Origin: Nitrospirales bacterium
GTDB taxonomy: Bacteria; Nitrospirota; Nitrospiria; Nitrospirales; UBA8639
Reading direction: 5' to 3'
NCBI GenBank assembly: GCA_965223295.1
Contig: CBDCWC010000002.1
Span: 704,001 to 768,000 of the forward strand
Length of the DNA: 64,000 bases
In this document: in pieces, positions 1 to 8,637 of the stretch
Layout: each line of letters begins with the position of its first letter
Position numbering within the stretch: position 1 is the first letter of the stretch
Notes under the pieces: model-generated
What the model was told of the DNA's origin: nothing
The model's database searches: none
Seen by the model: only the letters and a program-made list of their open reading frames with translations
Made by a program: the position numbers and the translations under genes

Positions 1-17
1 TATTCAATACTCCCAAT

Positions 18-1376
18 ATGTTCAATAACCCCACTCGTCTGACCATTGTCTTAGTCCTCATCGTGCTCGGGTTAGGAGGCTATATCCTGTTTGTAGACAT
101 TCCTCAAACCCGTGAATTTAAAAAACAAGAAACAGAAGAACGGCAAGTCATCCCATTTGATGATCGAGATATCACCGCAATCACCTGGGCCACAAGGTCT
201 GAAACTATTCAACTGGAACGTGACGACAAATATCGATGGAAAATTACCGAACCCATTCAATCTCCAGCCGACAATAAAGAAGTGCGGCGCATCCTCCGTG
301 CCCTCACGATTGGAAAAATCAAACGGGTAATTGAAGATGGTCCAGAAACCTTGGAGAAGTACGGGCTAGCACCTCCCTATCTGACACTGACGCTTACGAC
401 TCCAACTCTTAGCCATGAACTCGCACTCGGTGATCGTGGGCCTTTTGCGCCCTCCCTCTATGTCCAAACGAAATCAGACCGCCAGGTCGTGATCACGACC
501 TTGGATGTCATGACGTTTGCACAAAAAACTTTGCCGGATTTTCGATTGAAAGACCTCTTATTCTTTGAACGCGAACGCGTTCAAGAAGTCCATATTCAAC
601 ATCCTGATACGACCATGGTGATGGCCAGGTCGGCGGGAATCCACAGTCTCTCCCCTAATTGGATGTTTACCAGTCCAATGAAAGCTCCAGTCGATAAAAT
701 TACGATGGGCACATTGCTTATGGAACTAAGCGGACTCCACGCGACAGGGTTTATTGATTCCAAAGAAGATAAAGAACGCATTCTCGGACAACCGAAGCAG
801 GCTCATATCGGTATCACCATCTTAGAAGGACCTCACACACATTACATCAGCCTTTATCAATTTCAAAATCCAGAAAAAGCCTATGCCATGACATCCGAGA
901 CAGGGCCGCTCTATGAAATCTCTCCAAATATCCTGAAGCCAATGACTCAAGGAGCCTTTTATTTTCAAGACAAGCGTCTCTTCGGCATGGACAGTCAGGA
1001 TGTGATCATCCTGGAGGTCATCACGCCGCAAGACATGTACGTCCTCATTAAACAACACGACGACTGGACACTCGACAACCATCCCAATCTGGCTTTAGAC
1101 CAAGAATTAGTTAACCTCTTTGTTAGCCGCGTCACGGATCTTCCTACAGAAATCGCACATCCCGAAGGATCAACAACCTCTACCCAAACAGCATTAGACA
1201 CTCCAACTGCTACAATTCGAGGGCGAGGCCGTCAAGGGCAAAAGATCGGCTTGCTCATGTTAGGAAAACGAGAAAAAGGCCTCGTCTATGCTAAAGGCGC
1301 AGCACTCAAAGGCATCTATCAAGTCCGCTCCACCATCCTGGACCAAATTCCCACTCAAGCTGAGCTCACCCAATAG
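18..1376 (+). CDS. DUF4340 domain-containing membrane-anchored protein
   Basis: 452 aa; N-terminal TM anchor; three repeated units with W-x-I-x-x-P and YGL-x-x-P patterns typical of DUF4340. Confidence 0.75.
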   Translation: MFNNPTRLTIVLVLIVLGLGGYILFVDIPQTREFKKQETEERQVIPFDDRDITAITWATRSETIQLERDDKYRWKITEPIQSPADNKEVRRILRALTIGKIKRVIEDGPETLEKYGLAPPYLTLTLTTPTLSHELALGDRGPFAPSLYVQTKSDRQVVITTLDVMTFAQKTLPDFRLKDLLFFERERVQEVHIQHPDTTMVMARSAGIHSLSPNWMFTSPMKAPVDKITMGTLLMELSGLHATGFIDSKEDKERILGQPKQAHIGITILEGPHTHYISLYQFQNPEKAYAMTSETGPLYEISPNILKPMTQGAFYFQDKRLFGMDSQDVIILEVITPQDMYVLIKQHDDWTLDNHPNLALDQELVNLFVSRVTDLPTEIAHPEGSTTSTQTALDTPTATIRGRGRQGQKIGLLMLGKREKGLVYAKGAALKGIYQVRSTILDQIPTQAELTQ

Positions 1377-1605
1377 CCCAAGACAATTTTTAATAGGGGT
1401 CAGACTCGAATTAAACTAGTACGCTTCTAACGTGAAGTCGCTATAAGGGGCTGCGACAATGCAGATACCTGTGTCCAAACCGAATCGAAGAGTCCAAACA
1501 CAGTGCAATTCATAAGTTGTGCCTCAGTCCGAATGCGCGACGTAATGGTGATAGCACCGAATAGATCATAGAGCACAGCTTTCCATCACACATTCGCTTG
1601 TTTTA

Positions 1606-2006
1606 CTATTGGACAAAGAATTTTGGAGTCATAGCCACATTTGGGAAAGCTCGGAGGACCTGCCGATCAGCCGTAATCAATGGGATTTCTAGATCTATCG
1701 CAAGGCTAACGAATTCACAATCATAGGTAGAACAACCAGACTTTTTCGCCAACTGCATGACTTGCTGCGATACAATTGAAAATCACGCCCAGCCATCCAC
1801 TGCTCTGCTTCAGCTACGATGATCCGAACATCGGCAAAACTCACTTGTTGATGTCGCTCTAAACCGATCAAAGTATTCCGAAATTCTGAACGCCAGAGGA
1901 GAGGAGCGGCCCAGGCTGGGTCTTTGCGCAACACTTCTTCAGCTTCTCCAGTGCGTTGTCCCGTGACATAGAGATAGATCAACTTATTCGTTTCCGCAAC
2001 AATTAC
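1606..2006 (-). pseudogene. vapC: VapC/PIN-domain toxin, frameshifted, start codon degenerate
   Basis: First frame reads (V)IVAETNKLIYLYV...WRSEFRN; after a frameshift near 1780 another frame gives SGCSTYDCEFVSLAIDLEIPLITADRQVLRAFP to TAG at 1606. Confidence 0.75.
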
Positions 2007-2245
2007 GGCCTTCCTTTGCTCTTTAATTCCTGGAGCGTTTTATCGGTGAGGCGTGCGTGAATGGATGTCGGTCTGATGGCATGAACCTTGGCTAACAAGC
2101 TGTCAGGATCAAGAGGAACACTTCCCGCTGCACATTCTAGGCAGCGGATGACTTCATTGTTGAGACTACAGCGACACAGAGATGCTTGAAGTTTTAACTT
2201 CTCTACAAGAGTCTGAGGAATGTTTTTAATCGTCAAGTTCGCCAT
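2003..2245 (-). CDS. FitA/Arc-like ribbon-helix-helix antitoxin
   Basis: MANLTIKNIPQTLVEKLKLQA...SLNNEVIRCL; AGGAG RBS; overlaps the PIN gene start. Confidence 0.8.
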   Translation of the reverse strand: MANLTIKNIPQTLVEKLKLQASLCRCSLNNEVIRCLECAAGSVPLDPDSLLAKVHAIRPTSIHARLTDKTLQELKSKGRP

Positions 2246-2277
2246 GAAGGCCACTCCTATTTTCTGTGATAACATAC

Positions 2278-2294
2278 GGTTCCAAAAAGGAACC
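2278..2294. promoter_or_regulatory. Palindromic operator upstream of the antitoxin gene
   Basis: GGTTCC-AAAAA-GGAACC perfect inverted repeat about 30 bp upstream of the antitoxin ATG. Confidence 0.5.
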
Positions 2295-2405
2295 ATAATG
2301 AAATCGTAGGCCACAATACCCTATCTGCCAATGAGGCAGCTAAGAAAGTTAGCTATAACGACTTTGTCAGATGAGATTTTTCTTCCAAGATTCTAGGAAA
2401 TGCTC

Positions 2406-2606
2406 TTATTCTGGGTAAGGCGATTGACTTTCTTCTTGTTTCATCTTGTCAAAGAATCGGTCGGCGTCTTGCTGGATCTCGTTTTTTGAAGGTTCCGGCT
2501 GAGGGTCCGGAGCTGACGAACAATTCACCACCAGCATTCCCGCCAATATGAGGCAAGCCATTGCTATTCCTTTGACCTCTAAAACAATTGATTGCATCTT
2601 GATCAT
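2406..2606 (-). CDS. small hypothetical lipoprotein
   Basis: 66 aa; GAGGAG RBS; hydrophobic stretch ending VVNC-SS, then an acidic Pro-rich tail. Confidence 0.6.
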   Translation of the reverse strand: MIKMQSIVLEVKGIAMACLILAGMLVVNCSSAPDPQPEPSKNEIQQDADRFFDKMKQEESQSPYPE

Positions 2607-2705
2607 GAGTATTCTCCTCTCACTACGATCTCGGCACTTACTTTAATTCGACTTTCATCATACCCTACCGTGATCATGAATTGACGCACAAGAAACTGTT
2701 GAAAA

Positions 2706-2734
2706 TTGACTGGGGTAGAGGGGTCTGCTACGGT
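2706..2734 (+). promoter_or_regulatory. sigma70-type promoter for transketolase
   Basis: TTGACT-17 bp-TACGGT with extended TG. Confidence 0.5.
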
Positions 2735-2784
2735 TTGAGACAACCTCAGGTGCTATCCCAAACTCAGAAAAAAAGGAGTCGTGT

Positions 2785-4641
2785 GTGACCACTATTGGAG
2801 CTACCCAATTACCTGAACAGCTTCGTCAAAAAGCCGATCAACTGCGTATTCATAGCATTCGAGCCACAACCCAGGCTGGAAACGGTCACCCAACCAGTTG
2901 TTGCTCCGCTGCCGATATCGTCGCCACACTGTTCTTTTCAGTGATGCGGTACGAGCCGAAAAATCCGCGTAACCCTGATAATGATAGATTTATCTTATCC
3001 AAAGGCCATGCCGCACCACTGCTGTATGCCGCATGGGCTGAAGCTGGGCTCTTTGACCCTAAAGAATTACTTGAGCTTCGTACATTAGAGTCAGATCTTG
3101 AAGGACATCCTACCCCCCGCCTCTCGTTTGTGGATATGGCTACTGGTTCACTCGGACAAGGCCTTTCTGTGGGCATTGGTATCGCCCTGAATAATAAGTA
3201 TTTAGATAAAACACCTGCTCGGACTTATGTGGTCTTGGGTGATGGCGAATCAGTAGAAGGCTCGGTCTGGGAAGCAGCTGATGTGGCCCGCCAGGCTCAA
3301 TTAGATAACCTCTGCGCCATCATTGATATCAATCGGCTTGGGCAATCAGACCCGACCATGTTGCAACATAATGTGAATGCCTACAAGGCACGTTGGGAGG
3401 GATTTGGCTGGAAAGCCATCTGTGTCGATGGTCATGACCATGCGGAATTACTCCAGGCTTTTGCAACGGCAGAACACACCGCCCAGCAACCCACGATGAT
3501 TTTAGCCAAAACCTTTAAAGGTAAAGGAATTTCATTTGCTGAAGATCACCCCAGCTGGCACGGCAAACCGCTCAACGCTGAGCAAGCCGAAGAAGCCATT
3601 CGCGTCTTAAGCCAAAACCTGACATCTCCCGCACCGGGTCTCGACATTGTCGAACCAACAACCGTGCAGCGGACAAACGGAGCCGCCACAGCGCTACCAG
3701 CTCCATCCTACAAACCAACAGATTCTGTCGCAACACGCGAAGCCTTTGGCGAAGCCTTAGCACAACTCGGTGAGGTGAACCTGCATGTCGTTGCTTTAGA
3801 TGCGGACGTCAAAAACTCAACGTACACAGATAAGTTTGGCAAACGATTTCCTGAACGCTTCTTTGAAAATTTTATTGCTGAACAAAATATGGTCGGCACA
3901 GCCGCCGGACTTGCCGCTTGTGGCAAGATTCCTTTTGCTGCCACATTCGCTGCCTTTTTCTCACGAGCCTATGATTTCATCCGCATGGCCGCCATCAGCC
4001 AATCCAATATTAAATTGATGGGCTCCCATGTGGGCGTGAGCATAGGAGAAGATGGTCCATCGCAAATGGGCTTAGAGGATCTTGCGATGATGGCTGCTCA
4101 GCCTGGAGTGGTCGTGTTATACCCCTCCGATGCCGTGTGTGCCTATCGGCTGGTGGAAACGATGGCTACCCACAAAGGCATGGTATACATGCGTACTGGA
4201 AGGCCTAAAACGCCTATCCTGTATGACACAAATGAGACCTTTACGATTGGAGGCTCCAAAGTCCTCCGGCAAAGCGACAAAGACCAACTCACCATTGTTA
4301 CAGCCGGCGTCACGCTCTTTGAAGCACTAAAAGCCTACGACGAATTACAGAAGGCCGGCATCACCGTGCGCATCATCGACCTGTATAGCATTACTCCCAT
4401 TGATACCGCCACGCTCAAGCAAGCTGCCATCGCTACCAACAAACGTCTCCTCACCATTGAAGACCATTACATTCATGGCGGATTGGGGGATGCCGTCCTG
4501 AGCGCTTTGTCAACAGAAGGCGTTTGCCTCCACAAAATGGGCATTCAGGAAATTGCCCATAGCGGCAAGCCCGCCGAACTGTTAGATCATTACGGTCTCA
4601 GTGCCCGAGCCATCATCGAAAAAGTTAAACAACTTGTTTAA
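2785..4641 (+). CDS. tkt: transketolase
   Basis: DRFILSKGHAAP, EGHP, TGSLGQG, GDGESVEG TPP motif, GEDGPSQ; AGGAG RBS before GTG. Confidence 0.95.
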   Translation: MTTIGATQLPEQLRQKADQLRIHSIRATTQAGNGHPTSCCSAADIVATLFFSVMRYEPKNPRNPDNDRFILSKGHAAPLLYAAWAEAGLFDPKELLELRTLESDLEGHPTPRLSFVDMATGSLGQGLSVGIGIALNNKYLDKTPARTYVVLGDGESVEGSVWEAADVARQAQLDNLCAIIDINRLGQSDPTMLQHNVNAYKARWEGFGWKAICVDGHDHAELLQAFATAEHTAQQPTMILAKTFKGKGISFAEDHPSWHGKPLNAEQAEEAIRVLSQNLTSPAPGLDIVEPTTVQRTNGAATALPAPSYKPTDSVATREAFGEALAQLGEVNLHVVALDADVKNSTYTDKFGKRFPERFFENFIAEQNMVGTAAGLAACGKIPFAATFAAFFSRAYDFIRMAAISQSNIKLMGSHVGVSIGEDGPSQMGLEDLAMMAAQPGVVVLYPSDAVCAYRLVETMATHKGMVYMRTGRPKTPILYDTNETFTIGGSKVLRQSDKDQLTIVTAGVTLFEALKAYDELQKAGITVRIIDLYSITPIDTATLKQAAIATNKRLLTIEDHYIHGGLGDAVLSALSTEGVCLHKMGIQEIAHSGKPAELLDHYGLSARAIIEKVKQLV

Positions 4642-4653
4642 CATTGAGGTGCC

Positions 4654-5418
4654 ATGGCTTCACACACCTCCTTTGATTCTCTTCCGCTATTTGCCTGCCT
4701 TTCTGAACAAGACAGACAAGAATTGGCCCAACATGCCGTCGAAATGCCCATGCAAAAGGGCCAGTTCATCTTTCGGGAAGGTGACGCGGCTGACTGGTTT
4801 CATATTGTTCAAGAGGGCAATGTGAAATGCGTGAAATCCAATGCCGACGGACGCGAAGTAACCCTTAAAGTCCTCATGCCCGGAGATCTCTTTTGCTGTG
4901 AAGCCTCTGCGTTTTCAGGTGAATCCCATCCCGGCTGCGCCCAATCCATGGGTGAGGGAACCGTCATCAAAATTCATCGCAAGGCGATGCTTGATGTCAT
5001 CCAACGCAATCCCGAGGCGGCCGTCAGTATCATCAATTATTTAAGCCAACGCCTTCGCGAATCACAAGATAATGCCAAAGCCTTTGCCTTAGACCGCGCC
5101 GAACAACGCGTGGCTGCACTTCTTGTCAACTTAACCGAACGTTCAGGCGTGCAAGAAGACAATGGAATTCGCATTTCGGTCCGACTCACCCATCAGGACC
5201 TAGCTGATATGGCCGGACTTACCAAAGAAACCACCAGCCGGATTCTCAGCCGTTTCAAAAAAGAAGAACTCATCGCCGGGCACGGCAAGCAGCTCGCATC
5301 CTCAATCTCCCTCACCTCCAAGCCATGGCCCCACACGCTATTCCCTAAATACATAGAGACAAAGACACAAGCAATTCTGCTCTCCTCACGTTCCTTTCGC
5401 ACATTGTCAGCCAGCTAG
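4654..5418 (+). CDS. Crp/Fnr family transcriptional regulator (probable C-terminal frameshift)
   Basis: cNMP-binding domain (FIFREGD...GREVTL) and HTH LTHQDLADMAGLTKETTSRILSRF. Confidence 0.9.
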   Translation: MASHTSFDSLPLFACLSEQDRQELAQHAVEMPMQKGQFIFREGDAADWFHIVQEGNVKCVKSNADGREVTLKVLMPGDLFCCEASAFSGESHPGCAQSMGEGTVIKIHRKAMLDVIQRNPEAAVSIINYLSQRLRESQDNAKAFALDRAEQRVAALLVNLTERSGVQEDNGIRISVRLTHQDLADMAGLTKETTSRILSRFKKEELIAGHGKQLASSISLTSKPWPHTLFPKYIETKTQAILLSSRSFRTLSAS

Positions 5419-5500
5419 AACTGCTCCTTATTGGTCACCAATTCGCTCTTGAGATATACAGCAAGATTTACGCAACAAACATGGCTCGCCCGTCGCCTCC

Positions 5501-5537
5501 TTGACAGCCAAAAGCCAATATGTAACCATTGGATACA
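5501..5537 (+). promoter_or_regulatory. Promoter plus palindromic operator of the LexA-like repressor
   Basis: TTGACA(5501)-17 bp-AACCAT with extended TG; imperfect palindrome TGTAACCA-T-TGGATACA at 5521-5537. Confidence 0.5.
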
Positions 5538-6079
5538 TGACCCCTCAAGCTCTCAAACAGATTCGCGGACGCCTTGGATTCACTCAATCGGAATTGGCTG
5601 AACGCCTTCACACCACTCGCATGACCATTACCCGCTATGAATGCGGAACGCGCCGCATTCCTGGGGTGGTCGAAGCCCTTCTTTCACAACTTGATCCCTC
5701 TTCTCAAATTCCAATGCTTGGGGTCGTTGCGGCTGGAATTCCAATTGAACCCATTCTTCAAGTGGAACAGGTGGAGGTCCCACCATCCATGCTGCGGACG
5801 GGCGAAAACTTTGCGTTAGAGGTCAAGGGCGAGTCGATGCGTGATGAAGGGATTCTGTCTGGTGATCTCGTGATCGTCCACAAACAACAGGCCGCTCAGA
5901 ATGGACAGACCGTGGTCGCCTTAGTCAACCAAGAGGCGACAGTTAAGAAGTATTACAAAAAAGACAACCAGATCGAATTGCATCCTGCAAATCTAACCAT
6001 GAGCCCCATTATCGTCACACCAGCAGATGAGTTTGCCATTGAAGGAGTTGTCATCGGCGTAATTCGCCACTGCGGATAG
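5537..6079 (+). CDS. lexA: LexA/CI-like repressor (XRE HTH plus S24 autopeptidase)
   Basis: HTH TQSELAERLHTTRMTITRYECG; cleavage site VAAG; catalytic GESM Ser and ATVKK Lys. Confidence 0.85.
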   Translation: MTPQALKQIRGRLGFTQSELAERLHTTRMTITRYECGTRRIPGVVEALLSQLDPSSQIPMLGVVAAGIPIEPILQVEQVEVPPSMLRTGENFALEVKGESMRDEGILSGDLVIVHKQQAAQNGQTVVALVNQEATVKKYYKKDNQIELHPANLTMSPIIVTPADEFAIEGVVIGVIRHCG

Positions 6080-6149
6080 GTCTCTGCTTATGCCTATTTT
6101 GTATTTTTCACTCATGAATCATGTTCTCACCTAGAGTTAAGAGGAAAAT

Positions 6150-6452
6150 ATGCGCCTCACAGCTCAAACTCGGTTTCGTGCCTACTTTCAACGACGAACT
6201 CATATACGTTCTCTGATTATCCGAAGTAATAGCTTTACTCCCTCTCCCGAACAACTCTCACTCTTTCCACCACAGGGCTTAGAGGCAGCTTCTGCTGACC
6301 TAAGACCTCATCAGACAGACTCCACTCCTGCCTATCGAGATACTCGATTGTTTATGAAAATCATTCAATGGGGACGCTCTCATATGGATAATTATAAAGA
6401 TAAAATAGGCAATATTTATAAGGCTTTTTCTATTTTTATGAGACAAAATTAA
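6150..6452 (+). pseudogene. probable C-terminal remnant of a DinB/ImuB-like Y-family polymerase
   Basis: FQRRTHIRSLII...EQLSLF (beta-clamp motif)...IIQWGR; lies directly after the LexA-like gene; no catalytic domain. Confidence 0.45.
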
Positions 6453-6886
6453 AAGCTATGCATTAATAGATGGAGTTATCAACAAGCAGAAAACTTCAAG
6501 CAATTTATTTATCAACAAGTTATCAAATTTTCAGAAAATTCATGCAAATTATTAGATTATTCATACCAAAAACTGGCAACATCTTATCCCAGACAATCAA
6601 GACCTACTCCACTTTCGTTAAACCACTAATTGGGTAGCTAGTAGCCTGCTTAAGAGTCATCTATTCAGAGAATAGTAAAGCTGGCACAAGTATAATACGT
6701 ATCCCACCCCTAGGATGAGTCAACAGGCTATGACATAGCATGCTTCAGCCTCAGAGGAGTTACGCACTTTTATATTATTTCAAACTACGCTGAGGCAAAA
6801 AATTGAAATCCATGAGCCAAATAAAAGTATGAACAGTTCATACGCTGTGGTATTATGAATGAGAAACAAAGAAGGAGGTCTTTATC

Positions 6887-7150
6887 ATGATCAGAAAAAC
6901 AATCGCTATTCCCGATGAGATGGGCGCATGGGTCGGTAAGCGCATTGAATCCGGCCAGTATAACAATGAAAGTGAATATTTTCGCGACCTGGTGCGTCGC
7001 GACCAGGAACGCCAGGAAGTCATCAGTCAATTACGACAGATGCTTGAAGAAGGAGAAACCAGCGGGATGAGCCCACGCACAGTTCCTGAGATCATGGATA
7101 ATGTAGAAAAGCGACTGCGATACGATGGCCGATTACCAACTCTCGAATAG
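6887..7150 (+). CDS. parD: ParD-family antitoxin
   Basis: RIESGQYNNESEYFRDLVRRDQER...LEEGETSG; AGGAGG RBS. Confidence 0.9.
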   Translation: MIRKTIAIPDEMGAWVGKRIESGQYNNESEYFRDLVRRDQERQEVISQLRQMLEEGETSGMSPRTVPEIMDNVEKRLRYDGRLPTLE

Positions 7151-7418
7151 CGCGGAAAAAGCCGTTGACCATATCTATGAATATTCCATTCTCACTTTTG
7201 GGTTAGAACAGGCCAGAGAATATGTTCAGGGACTCCATGAATGCTTTGTGACTCTGGCCAACAATCCCAAACTTGGCCGGAATGTAGCGGAGCTGAAAAG
7301 AGGGTATCGTCGGCATCTCTACGAACGCCATGCAATCTATTACACCATCACGAAAACCGGCATCTTCATCACCCGCATTTTGGGGCCTGGACAGGACCCA
7401 GCCATACATTTGTTGTAG
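7125..7418 (+). CDS. parE: ParE/RelE-family toxin
   Basis: YQLSNSA...IYEYSILTFGLEQAREY...NPKLGR...HAIYY...ITRILG; overlaps parD. Confidence 0.9.
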   Translation: MADYQLSNSAEKAVDHIYEYSILTFGLEQAREYVQGLHECFVTLANNPKLGRNVAELKRGYRRHLYERHAIYYTITKTGIFITRILGPGQDPAIHLL

Positions 7419-7530
7419 TTCTTCTTCTGCTTGCTACCACGACGCCATTGAGCTGTCCGATGCAAACGCTCTAAGCCTCTTGTAGTGCCACCGTGACAAT
7501 ATACGGCGCTTAAACTCGCACATGTGTGAC

Positions 7531-8631
7531 TTATTGAGGGCAGGCTTTGCGCTTTTGTTGTAGCACAGGGCTATTGTTCTTCATATCAAATATCGATTGG
7601 GTGAGCAGATGCGCGACTTTTTGGCTTAAAACCTGTTGCATTCTGCCGTGAGCTCGGACTTTGGCCTCCTGCTCAGTGACATGACCTTCTCGGCCGGTTT
7701 CAGAAATGATGCCAATAAGTCGTTGGGAAGGATGCTCATATATATCGATATCTCCACACCAACGGACGTATTTGAATAGCGGGTCAGGTAAATCTATCGT
7801 CCAGAGCTTTCCCTGGCCGACAATCGCCATATCTACTGTTTTGTGTGAATCCACGTCTTGACTAGAAACCGCCACACCCATCAGCCCTTCACGCTCTAGA
7901 CCTTGGACAATTGCCCGTTCCAGTTCTTCCTGGTACTCCCCAGTCATGGCAATGGAAACAACAAATTCTTTTGCAACAAAATTTTGAAATTCTCTTTGAA
8001 GATCTGAAAGGCGATACAGTGCGGGCTGACTTTTTCCACTTGATCGAATCACTTGCAAATCCGCATTCAGAAATTCTCGATCAGCCAAACGAGCCATTGC
8101 TTGTTTGTATCCACGGATTCGTTGAATTTTCTGAGAGTGAGCCCGACCTTGGTCAACAAAATTCTTGATGCTTTCATCTATGTTTCTTAACCGATCAATT
8201 ATCGCCTCCTCTGCTTGCTGCCGGTTCAACCCTGCCAATGCAAAAAAATGTTTCGTTAATGGTTGCCGCCACACCTCTAAGATTTTGACATTTTCTAATA
8301 TTTTGGTGGTCGTCACGCGCGTGCGTTGATCCAACTGCACAGTTCGCTTGGCTCGACTCCCACTATCAGTTTCCTTCATCGCATAGGATTCATAATCCAT
8401 TGACCGTGATTGGACATTAGCCGAAAATATTCTGGCTACGGCTGCATAAGCTCGTTTTTCAGCTTGTCCCCGGGAGTCGCCTTCTGCTAATCCCGTGAGA
8501 TATTGTTCTGAAGGGTAGAGACTATGTGGAGATTGAATCCATTCAGGGCGAGCGTTAGCACTAAACCAGGCACATCCACCAATGAGTACGGCACACACTA
8601 TACTCAAACATTGGGTGGGTTGGCCCCTCAT
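7531..8631 (-). CDS. LPP20-like lipoprotein
   Basis: Lipobox LIGGC; RPEWI...YPSEQYLTG...AEKRAYAAVARIF pattern. Confidence 0.7.
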   Translation of the reverse strand: MRGQPTQCLSIVCAVLIGGCAWFSANARPEWIQSPHSLYPSEQYLTGLAEGDSRGQAEKRAYAAVARIFSANVQSRSMDYESYAMKETDSGSRAKRTVQLDQRTRVTTTKILENVKILEVWRQPLTKHFFALAGLNRQQAEEAIIDRLRNIDESIKNFVDQGRAHSQKIQRIRGYKQAMARLADREFLNADLQVIRSSGKSQPALYRLSDLQREFQNFVAKEFVVSIAMTGEYQEELERAIVQGLEREGLMGVAVSSQDVDSHKTVDMAIVGQGKLWTIDLPDPLFKYVRWCGDIDIYEHPSQRLIGIISETGREGHVTEQEAKVRAHGRMQQVLSQKVAHLLTQSIFDMKNNSPVLQQKRKACPQ

Positions 8632-8637
8632 GGTTCT

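Noticed and set aside
5501-5536. TTG start at 5501 for the LexA-like ORF
   Set aside because: That TTG is the start of the TTGACA -35 box; the HTH begins at ATG 5537
6430-6880. Replication origin
   Set aside because: Only imperfect DnaA-like boxes, no dnaA/dnaN/gidA context, and skew cannot be evaluated here
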